Under the pieces are notes generated by a model. That model searched no databases, was not told the DNA's origin, and worked only from the letters and a program-made list of their open reading frames with translations. Below, piece after piece: positions 23,865-31,725 of a DNA stretch of 32,000 nt. The stretch is taken from the NCBI RefSeq assembly GCF_000011125.1, contig NC_000854.2:510001-542000 (forward strand), in the 5' to 3' direction. The translations under genes and the position numbers were made by a program. Every line of letters begins with the position of its first letter. Within the stretch, counting starts at the first letter, position 1. Source of the stretch: Aeropyrum pernix K1 (GTDB taxonomy: Archaea > Thermoproteota > Thermoprotei_A > Sulfolobales > Acidilobaceae).

Positions 23865-24953
23865 TTACCGCACCCTCGCACCCCCTCTCCTCCTGCTCGG
23901 CACCACACGGCCGTAGCCTCTGCTGGTGTCGGGCGTCATGCCTGCTTGAATAGTGTGGGGATGCCCGTAGCCTTGGGGATGCTGAAAGCGGTGCTGAGGG
24001 TATGTGTCATACACCATGGCTGGAGGATACATGCCGGTTTGCTGGGGGCTTTGAAGCGGCTGTGTAAGCATGGGGCTTGCGAACGTCTGATAATACTCTC
24101 TCTCTACGTCGTCGTACGTCATATGGAGGTAGAGCTGGGTCACCTTTATGTCGCTATGGCCCAGTAGCCTCTGAAGCGCGGCGAGGCTCATGCCCCTTCT
24201 CAAAGCCTCGGTGGCGAAGGTATGCCTCAGTATGTGGGGCCTCACCTTACGCGGGTCCAGCCCCGCCCTCTTGGCTAGGCTCTTCAGCCTCTTGTAGACG
24301 GCTTGGTACGAGAGTTCTATTATCCTGGAGTCGGGTGGTAGGGGGTTGGAGGCTAGGTACTCTTCAAGCAGCATCCTAGATAGGGGGCCTAGGAACACTA
24401 TCCTCTCCTTTCCATACTTTCCTACGACCCTGACAACACCCCTCCCGAGGTCGACGTCTGACAGTCTCAGCGACAGTAGCTCGGAAACCCTAAGACCAGT
24501 CTCGGCCAGCATGGAAACTATAAGTGCGTCTATAATATCCCTAGACGCCGATAGCAGCGCCTCAACGTCCCTCCACGAGAGGCTGCCGCTGAACCTCCGC
24601 TCGCCCCTGCTGAACGGTCTCATGACACCCTCCACACCGGCCCATTTGAGGAAGCGCCTGACCATTATGCTGTAGTAGTGTGCTGTAGTCCTGGATATGA
24701 CCCCCTTCCTCACCCTCTCGCTTACACTAGACATCCACTGGACGTACGTCATGTGTGAAGCGTCTCCAACTCTGACCCTTCCGTAGCTCTTGAGGAAGTC
24801 CTTCAAAGCCGCTCTATAAACCTTTATAGTCTTACTGCTCCACCCTGTGCTTTCTAGTATTGTCAAGAAGAGCCTAGCTGCATCCTCTAAACTATACTCC
24901 CTAATATCCCTAGGAGGCGGCGGCAGAGACTCTATAGAACCGGCTCTAGCCAT
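23865..24953 (-). CDS. xerA: tyrosine recombinase, XerA-like, with low-complexity C-terminal extension
   Basis: An N-terminal SAM-like domain is present. The catalytic signature is TGLRVSELLSLRLSDVDL (Arg), HILRHTFATEALRRG (H-x-x-R), LLGHSDIKVTQLYLH (His plus the nucleophile Tyr). About 80 extra residues rich in Q/P/Y/H/G follow. Confidence 0.85.
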   Translation of the reverse strand: MARAGSIESLPPPPRDIREYSLEDAARLFLTILESTGWSSKTIKVYRAALKDFLKSYGRVRVGDASHMTYVQWMSSVSERVRKGVISRTTAHYYSIMVRRFLKWAGVEGVMRPFSRGERRFSGSLSWRDVEALLSASRDIIDALIVSMLAETGLRVSELLSLRLSDVDLGRGVVRVVGKYGKERIVFLGPLSRMLLEEYLASNPLPPDSRIIELSYQAVYKRLKSLAKRAGLDPRKVRPHILRHTFATEALRRGMSLAALQRLLGHSDIKVTQLYLHMTYDDVEREYYQTFASPMLTQPLQSPQQTGMYPPAMVYDTYPQHRFQHPQGYGHPHTIQAGMTPDTSRGYGRVVPSRRRGGARVR

Positions 24954-24965
24954 AGCTAACCCCGG

Positions 24966-24975
24966 AATACGTATT
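24966..24975. promoter_or_regulatory. perfect 10-bp palindrome AATACGTATT just upstream of the xerA start
   Basis: The palindrome is read directly from the sequence. It lies 13 nt upstream of the ATG at 24953, which is too close to be a standard -26 TATA for a leaderless mRNA. It may be an operator or a TSS-proximal element. Confidence 0.25.
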
Positions 24976-25108
24976 TGGCGTGTAGGACACGAGACCCGTG
25001 ACGGCCGGTATTTTCAGGGTTATACCGCGGCCACCCTCTAGCCTTCTTTGAGGCCCCCTTGAGGATCTAGACTCGGCGAAAATTCAGTTTGATAAGTATT
25101 CCCCGTTA

Positions 25109-26770
25109 ATGACTATTGTTTGGACACCGGTTAAAGGGTGGTTCCTCGTGGCTTTATGGAGGATAGAGAAGCCTAAGAACGAGCCTTTCCTGGAGTTTAG
25201 GCCTGGGACTAAGGAGAGGGAGCTTCTAAAGAAGAAGCTCGAGGAGGTTAAGAGTAAGACCGTCGAGATCCCCCTGATAATCGGGGGGAAAGAGGTCAAG
25301 ACTGGTGAGACCGTCGAGATACGCGCGCCCCACGATAAGGATGCCGTGCTGGCTGTAGCCCACCTTGCTGGGGAGGAGGAGATAAGGGATGCCATAGAGA
25401 AGGCCCTGGACGCTTGGACAAAGTGGTCCGAGATGGAGTGGTACCACAGGGCCTCAGTCTTCCTGAAGGCTGCAGACCTGCTGGCGGGGCCCTACAGGCT
25501 TGAGGCCGATGCTGTCATAATGCTTAACCACTCGAAGACGCCGTGGGAGGCGGAGATAGACCTGGCAGAACTCGTGGACTTCTGGAGGTTTGGGGCCTAC
25601 TATGCTAGATTCATCTTCGAACAGCAGCCTGAGCAGGCTCCCGGCGAGCTAAACAGGGTCGAGTGGCGGCCTCTAGAGGGCTTCGTATTCGCAGTTCCCC
25701 CGTTCAACTTCTTCAGCATAGGAGGTAACCTGCCCACCGCCCCCGCGCTCGTGGGGAACGTGTCGATATGGAAGCCTTCCAGATGGGTTATATACTCCAA
25801 CTACATAATAATGAGGATCCTGATGGAGGCTGGGCTACCTCCGGGCGTGGTAAACTTCGTTCCCTTCAACACCAAGTACTCGAGCATAGTGCTCTCCCAC
25901 CCAGACTTCGCAGGCCTCCACTTCACAGGGAGCTACTCAACTTTCGTCAGGCTCTGGAAGATGATAGCGCAGAACCTGGACAAGTACAGGAACTTCCCCA
26001 GGATAGTGGGCGAGACGGGCGGTAAAGACTTCATTGTGGTCCACCCGAGCGCAGACATAACCGAGGCAGTGGTTGCTACGATAAGAGGAGCCTTCGAGTA
26101 CCAGGGGCAGAAGTGCAGCGCTGCCTCCAGGCTATTCGTACCCAAGAGCATGTGGCCCAGGTTCTGGGAGGCCATGAAGGCGGAGCTGGATAAGGTTAAG
26201 GTCGGGCCGGTTGACGACTTCACAGTATTCATGGGCGCCATAATAAGCGAGGAGCAGTTTAGGAAGATAGTCTCCTACATAGAGTATGCTAAGCAGCATC
26301 CCGAGGAGTACCAGATAATCTACGGTGGCAAGTATGATGACAGTAAGGGCTACTTCATATGGCCTACTGTCGTGCTCACCAACAACCCGAAGGGCAAGCT
26401 GATGACAGAAGAGATCTTCGGCCCTGTGCTCACGGTCTACGTGTATGACGACGACAAGTATGATGAGATACTGTGGGTTGTGGACAAGGCAGCTCCCTAC
26501 GGACTAACAGGGTCCGTGTTCGCGAAGGATAGGGAGGCCATACTCAAGGCGGAGAAGGCGCTTAGGTATGCAGCAGGCAACTTCTACATAAACGACAAGC
26601 CGACAGGATCCATAGTGGCTAGACAGCCCTTCGGAGGCGCCAGATGGTCGGGCACCAACGACAAGGCAGGCTGGTTCACAAACCTCCTAAGGTGGCTGAA
26701 CCCGAGATCGATAAAGGAGACCCTAGTGCCGCCGAAAGAGTGGAGAAGACCCTATATGGGAGAGGACTAG
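25109..26770 (+). CDS. aldehyde dehydrogenase family: 1-pyrroline-5-carboxylate (L-glutamate gamma-semialdehyde) dehydrogenase
   Basis: The motifs are KNEPFLEF near the N-terminus, PPFNFFSIGGNL, WKPS, GETGGKDF (catalytic Glu), EYQGQKCSAASR (catalytic Cys) and EEIFGPVL. The GTG at 25148 is a possible alternative start. Confidence 0.8.
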   Translation: MTIVWTPVKGWFLVALWRIEKPKNEPFLEFRPGTKERELLKKKLEEVKSKTVEIPLIIGGKEVKTGETVEIRAPHDKDAVLAVAHLAGEEEIRDAIEKALDAWTKWSEMEWYHRASVFLKAADLLAGPYRLEADAVIMLNHSKTPWEAEIDLAELVDFWRFGAYYARFIFEQQPEQAPGELNRVEWRPLEGFVFAVPPFNFFSIGGNLPTAPALVGNVSIWKPSRWVIYSNYIIMRILMEAGLPPGVVNFVPFNTKYSSIVLSHPDFAGLHFTGSYSTFVRLWKMIAQNLDKYRNFPRIVGETGGKDFIVVHPSADITEAVVATIRGAFEYQGQKCSAASRLFVPKSMWPRFWEAMKAELDKVKVGPVDDFTVFMGAIISEEQFRKIVSYIEYAKQHPEEYQIIYGGKYDDSKGYFIWPTVVLTNNPKGKLMTEEIFGPVLTVYVYDDDKYDEILWVVDKAAPYGLTGSVFAKDREAILKAEKALRYAAGNFYINDKPTGSIVARQPFGGARWSGTNDKAGWFTNLLRWLNPRSIKETLVPPKEWRRPYMGED

Positions 26771-26897
26771 ACCAGCTTTAGAAGGGTTGTAAGAGGGTTA
26801 AAACACCACGCTTCTTTTCTCCCTCCATCTATACTTCTTGCTAATTTACAGTGTAGGATCGAGGGGCAGCATACTTCCTTGGGACTGGTAAACCCTT

Positions 26898-28352
26898 ATG
26901 GGAGTTGGTGTAAGCCCTTTCCATGGGGATTGGTCTTTGGCTAGTGGGCAGGACAAGACTCATATAGACTATGCTTACGAGCTAGATATAACTGTAAAAC
27001 CCGACTCTAGGGTTCCTGTGTTTAACCGGGAGTTCGCTACATTCACCGGGGCGGGTGTGCCGCTCTTCAGCCTTGGAGGCGGTCCTATACGCTACGCTCT
27101 GGCCGAGGTCCTGGCTAAGTTTCACGCGAGGAGAGGCTACTATGTTGTGGAGACTCCTATAATTGCAAGCACCGAGCTCTTCAAGGTGTCCGGCCACATA
27201 GAGTTCTACAGGAATAACATGTATCTCTTCGATATAGAAGGTCATGAGTTCGCTGTCAAGCCGATGAACTGTCCCTACCATATACTGCTGTTCCTGAACG
27301 AGGTTGCCAAGCACAGGTCGAAGCTGCCCCTACCCTTCAAGGTCTTCGAGTTCGGGAGAGTCCACAGGTACGAGCCTAGCGGAAGCATATATGGGCTGCT
27401 AAGGGTCAGGGGGTTCACTCAGGATGACGCCCACATTATAGTCCCCGGGGGGAGGGTTATCGATGTGGTGTACGATGTTTTCGAGGAGATGAAGCTTGTC
27501 CTTGAGAGGCTTTTCAAGCTCGGTGTGTCCTCGGAGACGTTCAAAGTTAGGCTGAGCATGTCGGATAAGAGCCTTATAGGGAAGGAGTTCATGGGGTCCA
27601 AAGAGGAGTGGGAGGGTGCTGAGGAGGCCCTTAGGGAGGCTGCAAGCAGGATAAATGAGAAGTATGGTATAGATATTGTCGAGCTAGAGGGGGAGGCCGC
27701 CTTCTACGGCCCCAAGCTCGACTTTATCATGATGGTTGAGGAGTCGGGGGTGAGTAAGGAGTGGCAGATGGGGACTATACAGTTCGACTTCAACCTCCCT
27801 AGGAGGTTCAGGCTTTACGACGTTGTCAGAGAGGAGTTCGGTATAGAGGAGGTCTACATAATACACAGGGCTCTCCTAGGCTCCATAGAGAGGTTTCTAG
27901 GCGTCTATCTGGAGCACAGGAGGGGTAGGATGCCGTTCACCCTGGCCCCAATACAGTTCGCGGTTATCGCTGTCAAGACTGGGGGCGAGGTCGACAGGGA
28001 GATAGAGGATTTAGCTAGTAGCATAGCGAAAGGACTTTTAGACAAGGGGTTTAGGGTCGCCGTTAAGGGATCTTCCAAGACAGGCCTCTCAAGCGATGTC
28101 AGGCATATAGAGTCCACTGCAAAGCCTGCTGTCAACGTATTCATAGGCGCCAAGGAAGTCAGAGAGAAAGTGCTAGACGTGAGGGTTTTCGACCTAGAGT
28201 CCATGAAGAGGAGGAGGCTCGCCATAGCGTATGGGGACGCGGCCGATGCTGTGGAAAATCTAGCCGCTGTTGCAGAGGAGCTCGAAAGCCCCGTTAGATC
28301 CCTCTCGGGCCAGGCGCCCAGGATACCGGCTGACTTCAGCTTCATGCTATAA
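26898..28352 (+). CDS. thrS: threonyl-tRNA synthetase, catalytic-only form (no N-terminal editing/TGS domains)
   Basis: The class II ThrRS motifs are FKVSGHIEFYRNNMY, KPMNCPYH, FGRVHRYEPSGSIYGLLRVRGFTQDDAHI, GEAAFYGPKLDF and QFDFNLPRRF, plus a C-terminal anticodon-binding domain. Only about 60 residues precede the catalytic core. Confidence 0.9.
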   Translation: MGVGVSPFHGDWSLASGQDKTHIDYAYELDITVKPDSRVPVFNREFATFTGAGVPLFSLGGGPIRYALAEVLAKFHARRGYYVVETPIIASTELFKVSGHIEFYRNNMYLFDIEGHEFAVKPMNCPYHILLFLNEVAKHRSKLPLPFKVFEFGRVHRYEPSGSIYGLLRVRGFTQDDAHIIVPGGRVIDVVYDVFEEMKLVLERLFKLGVSSETFKVRLSMSDKSLIGKEFMGSKEEWEGAEEALREAASRINEKYGIDIVELEGEAAFYGPKLDFIMMVEESGVSKEWQMGTIQFDFNLPRRFRLYDVVREEFGIEEVYIIHRALLGSIERFLGVYLEHRRGRMPFTLAPIQFAVIAVKTGGEVDREIEDLASSIAKGLLDKGFRVAVKGSSKTGLSSDVRHIESTAKPAVNVFIGAKEVREKVLDVRVFDLESMKRRRLAIAYGDAADAVENLAAVAEELESPVRSLSGQAPRIPADFSFML

Positions 28353-28377
28353 GCACGGCGGCACAGGTGCTTAGGCG

Positions 28378-29388
28378 TTGTTGAGCGGATGGCGAGGGGT
28401 ATCGGTGGTATACGACAGGTGTGTGGAGCTGGGGAAAGAGATAGGTAGGCTTGTCGAATCTATGGATGTCGACCAGTTTCTAAACCCCGAATACTATCCC
28501 CCAGCCGACGCCCCCAGGGAGGTTGTGGCCTCATATTTCCTCGTCATGGTAGCCATGGACCACAGGCTGAGCAGGCCAGGTAAGCCATATGAGGCTGTGG
28601 TCGACGGCAAGCTGTACCACGGAGCCGACCTCCTCTACAGGCTAGGGTCCAAAAAGCTCCAGGAGGATCCAGGCTTCTTCACAGCCGAGAGGCTCTCAAG
28701 AGTTACTGTAGAAGATGTGAAGGAGTGGCTGTCAGTAGGCAATGCCTCCCCGCCCGATCCGGATGTTAGAGCCAAGCTTCTCAGGGATCTCGGCAGGAAG
28801 CTCATGGCCCTATACCAGGGTAGCGCGTGGATGCTTATTGTAGAGTCTAAAGGGTACTTGAGGCGCGGGGTTGGCGAGGGCTTCGTGGACAGGCTTAAGG
28901 TTTTTACCGCGTACCAGGATCCCGTGGAGAAGAAGGCTTTCCTGCTGGCCAAGTTTCTAGAGCGCCGCGGTGTCGCCCGCTTCGCTGACCCCCATAACAA
29001 GGAGTTGCCCGTCGACAATCACCTGGTAAGGCTGGCTCTTAGGATGGGTATAGTATCGGCCACTGAGGACCTGCTGGAAGCCGTGAAAAGGCAGAGGGAG
29101 GTTGACACGCTCGACGATGTGGCTCTAAGGCTAGCCTCTAGAAGGGCGTGGAGGATAGTGGCGCAGCACGGAGGCATAGACCCTTTCATACTAGACGACT
29201 TCCTGTGGGCTTTCGGGAGGCTCTGCTGCACGCGCGACGCCCCCACGTGCAGGACAGGTTGCAGCGCTAAGTGCCGCGGCATGGGCTGGTGTGACGGCGG
29301 GTGCCCATTGTCCAGGGTCTGCAGAGCGTATAGTGACGACAGGTTAATGGTCCCGGAGCATAGATTCCTATTGACCTGGTGGTATTGA
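28378..29388 (+). CDS. divergent HhH-GPD-superfamily-like protein with Fe-S cluster loop and 8-Cys C-terminal tail (function unknown)
   Basis: LPVDNHLVRLALRMGIV resembles the EndoIII-type VDTHVxRVxxRLG helix. FGRLCCTRDAPTCRTGC resembles the EndoIII Fe-S cluster loop (C-x6-C-x2/3-C). Further Cys follow: C-x3-C-x5-C-x3-C-x5-C. No canonical GVG hairpin was recognised. TTG start, 25 nt after the thrS stop. Confidence 0.5.
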   Translation: MLSGWRGVSVVYDRCVELGKEIGRLVESMDVDQFLNPEYYPPADAPREVVASYFLVMVAMDHRLSRPGKPYEAVVDGKLYHGADLLYRLGSKKLQEDPGFFTAERLSRVTVEDVKEWLSVGNASPPDPDVRAKLLRDLGRKLMALYQGSAWMLIVESKGYLRRGVGEGFVDRLKVFTAYQDPVEKKAFLLAKFLERRGVARFADPHNKELPVDNHLVRLALRMGIVSATEDLLEAVKRQREVDTLDDVALRLASRRAWRIVAQHGGIDPFILDDFLWAFGRLCCTRDAPTCRTGCSAKCRGMGWCDGGCPLSRVCRAYSDDRLMVPEHRFLLTWWY

Positions 29389-29395
29389 GAGGAGA

Positions 29396-30478
29396 GTGGT
29401 GATGGAGGGTCTAGTCGCCGAGGTGATGAGGGAGTCTGGTGAGGGCTGCACTGTCTACAGCTCGATAGCCGGGCCTATAGCCCTCGGCCATGGCGGGCTG
29501 GCAACGAGAAAGTTCTCGCTAAGGTTCTCGCAGCATAAGCCCTACGGGGGAAAGGCCGAGAGGGTATTCGTCTCCGTGGGCGTCCTACTATCAAAAACTG
29601 TGAAAACTCCTCTGAAGTGGAAGCTAGCTGTCGACGGCTCAACTCTATCCCGTGAGATCAAGCCGCAGGTTACAGTCGATCTGGAGGAGGCTAAGTATGC
29701 TAAGATGGTGATAGATGCGACTCCACTCCTCTCCTCGAAGTTCAGCGAAAGGAGCGTTCACAACCTCTTCACATACTACGACGGCGCTCAGCCCATAACC
29801 CTCGTCGACGTATTCATGGTTGCTGTCTACAGGCCCCTCGAGGATGATAACACCTCCTATCATTTCAAGGCAAGCTACCACACAGGAGCCTTAGCCCTAG
29901 AGCCTGGGGATGTTGCTAAGGTGTATTCAACCCTGGGGAGGGCTCAGGATGACGCGTTTAGGGTTGCTGTGGCGGGAGTCCAGGTCTCCAGCCCCCAGCT
30001 TCGGGTGTACCTCGTTGCGGGGGGTAGCAGGAGGGATTACGCAGCAGGCCCGGGCTACAAGCTGCTCAGGGTAGATATACCCTACAGGGGGGTCGAGGTG
30101 CCCGTGGCTGTTGTTAACGAGCCTGTCGATACCCCGGTCTACCCGCGGCTCAGCATTGTAGGGGATATACTCGTCTACGAGTCAAGGATTGACGGTCTGC
30201 GAGTGGGCATACGTGACGTGTCGATGGAGTACTCTAACAAGCAGACCGTGGTTAAGGCGGTGGTCTATAACGAGGGGTCGGTAGAACTCAAGAGGATCTC
30301 TATATATGTGCTGCCGAGTCCCAGGCACAAAGTATCTATAGATAGCCTAAAACCGGGCGAGCATAGGAGCGTGAGGCTACTTCAAGCTCCGGGCGATAGG
30401 CCCCCTCAGTGGATAGCGGTTGAAGCGAGCGCCGCCGGCGTTCCCTTCTATAGGGAATACCCGATAAAGCATTCCTAA
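29396..30478 (+). CDS. hypothetical beta-rich protein with CARDB/Ig-like C-terminal segment
   Basis: 360 aa with no signal peptide or TM helix. The C-terminal QTVVKAVVYNEGSVELKRISIYVLP...SLKPGEHRSVRL has the alternating pattern of CARDB-type Ig folds. The start cluster GTG-GTG-ATG (29396-29404) lies 8 nt after the upstream stop and is preceded by GAGAGGAGAG. Confidence 0.6.
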   Translation: MVMEGLVAEVMRESGEGCTVYSSIAGPIALGHGGLATRKFSLRFSQHKPYGGKAERVFVSVGVLLSKTVKTPLKWKLAVDGSTLSREIKPQVTVDLEEAKYAKMVIDATPLLSSKFSERSVHNLFTYYDGAQPITLVDVFMVAVYRPLEDDNTSYHFKASYHTGALALEPGDVAKVYSTLGRAQDDAFRVAVAGVQVSSPQLRVYLVAGGSRRDYAAGPGYKLLRVDIPYRGVEVPVAVVNEPVDTPVYPRLSIVGDILVYESRIDGLRVGIRDVSMEYSNKQTVVKAVVYNEGSVELKRISIYVLPSPRHKVSIDSLKPGEHRSVRLLQAPGDRPPQWIAVEASAAGVPFYREYPIKHS

Positions 30479-30515
30479 TTCCTGCAGAGAGGAGGATACT
30501 AGGAGCAATAAGAGG

Positions 30516-30806
30516 CTAAACTAGTAGCTCGCGGGGAACGCCCCTCTTCCTTACATACTCTCTCAGGGGCTCCGCAAGGTTATAGCAGCCCACACCCTCC
30601 TCCAGAAGTCCTAGATCCACTAGCCTCGCTATAACCTCTTCAGGCTCCTCCACACCCTGATGCCTCAGCTCCTCCACAGCCTTAATCTCCCCCACCGATA
30701 TGTTCTCGAAAAAATATTTCAGCACCCTCTTCTCCACCCTCCCCAGCGATTCCACCAGGGAGAATAGCTTGTCGACCCTCTCGTCCACGGGCAAGCCCGC
30801 CCCCAT
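30516..30806 (-). CDS. small winged-helix-like protein (hypothetical)
   Basis: I use the internal ATG at 30806 (MGAGLPVDERVDKLFSLVESLGRVEKRVLKYFFENISVGEIKAV...). The longer track ORF (to 30989) adds a Ser/Ile/Leu-rich extension that overlaps the divergent gene. Confidence 0.45.
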   Translation of the reverse strand: MGAGLPVDERVDKLFSLVESLGRVEKRVLKYFFENISVGEIKAVEELRHQGVEEPEEVIARLVDLGLLEEGVGCYNLAEPLREYVRKRGVPRELLV

Positions 30807-30846
30807 GCAATACCCTATAGCCTTCGGCAGGATTTTATCATGTGTT

Positions 30847-31725
30847 ATGGAAGGGGAAGCCTTGGCTCTGCTGAAAGAGATAGCGGAGGAGGTGCTAGGC
30901 AGGGACAAGGCAGCGCTGCTCTGGAAGAGGATCGATATAATAGGCGATATAGCAGTTATAAAGAAGCCTATACACGGCGGTGTGAGCATAGAGGATTTGA
31001 GGCTTGTAGCGGGGGAGCTCCTCAGGAGACTCCCCCACGTTAGGAGCGTGTGGCTAGCAACAGGTCCTGTAGGGGGGTTGTTTAAAGTCAGGAGAGATCT
31101 ACTGCATCTAGCCGGGGAGAAGAGGACCTCTACGGTTTACCGTGAACACGGAGCCGAATTCCTCGTAGATATATCCAAGGTTTTCATAACTCCCAGGCTC
31201 AGCTTCGAGCACCTCCGCGTGGCGAGGCTTGTTAAGCCTGGAGAAACGGTTGTCAACATGTTCGCCGGAGTAGGGGTCTTCTCGATAATAATAGCTCTCA
31301 AATCAAGGCCTAGCAAGGTCTATAGCATTGACATAAACCCTGATGCATATAGGCTGATGATTGAGAACATTAGGCTTAACAGGGTTGAGGATGTTGTAGA
31401 GCCGATGTTAGGCGATTCAGCGAGGATAGTGAGTGAGAGTCTAAGGGGGGTTGCAGACCGGGTGCTGATGCCCCTGCCCGACCTCGCTCTAGACTATATA
31501 GGACATGCTCTCGACGCACTGAGAGGGCGGGGCTGGCTCCACGTTTACCTCCATGTCGACTATGAGAGGGGGAAGGGCCACCTGCGGAGGGCGTGCAAGC
31601 TGGTGGAAGCAGAGGTAGAGAGGCGGGGCTGGAGAGTGGTTGAGGCTAAGGCCCGCGTAGTGAGGAGCGTAGGGCCCAAGCTGCTGCAGGTCGTCGTTGA
31701 CGCTGTGGTGAGGCGGGATGGGTAG
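30847..31725 (+). CDS. Met-10+/Trm5-Taw2 family tRNA modification enzyme (likely Taw2, wyosine-pathway aminocarboxypropyl transferase)
   Basis: The class I SAM-binding motif VVNMFAGVGVFSIIIA and DINP are present, and the length from ATG 30847 is about 290 aa. The 3' end overlaps the taw3 start by 8 nt (ATGGGTAG), which favours Taw2 over Trm5. The track ORF start at 30700 is rejected. Confidence 0.7.
   Translation: MEGEALALLKEIAEEVLGRDKAALLWKRIDIIGDIAVIKKPIHGGVSIEDLRLVAGELLRRLPHVRSVWLATGPVGGLFKVRRDLLHLAGEKRTSTVYREHGAEFLVDISKVFITPRLSFEHLRVARLVKPGETVVNMFAGVGVFSIIIALKSRPSKVYSIDINPDAYRLMIENIRLNRVEDVVEPMLGDSARIVSESLRGVADRVLMPLPDLALDYIGHALDALRGRGWLHVYLHVDYERGKGHLRRACKLVEAEVERRGWRVVEAKARVVRSVGPKLLQVVVDAVVRRDG

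Noticed and set aside
23865-24953. The tyrosine recombinase as a marker of an integrated virus, plasmid or genomic island.
   Set aside because: Both flanks are ordinary housekeeping genes (a DHPS-like gene and P5C dehydrogenase). I saw no adjacent tRNA, no att-like direct repeats, and no compositional shift. This is more consistent with a chromosomal XerA.
30516-30989. The long forms of the two mutually overlapping divergent ORFs (30516..30989 on minus, 30700..31725 on plus).
   Set aside because: The overlapping N-terminal extensions are Ser/Thr/Leu/Ile-rich low-complexity translations of each other's antisense. The internal ATGs at 30806 (minus) and 30847 (plus) remove the overlap and give family-typical N-termini.
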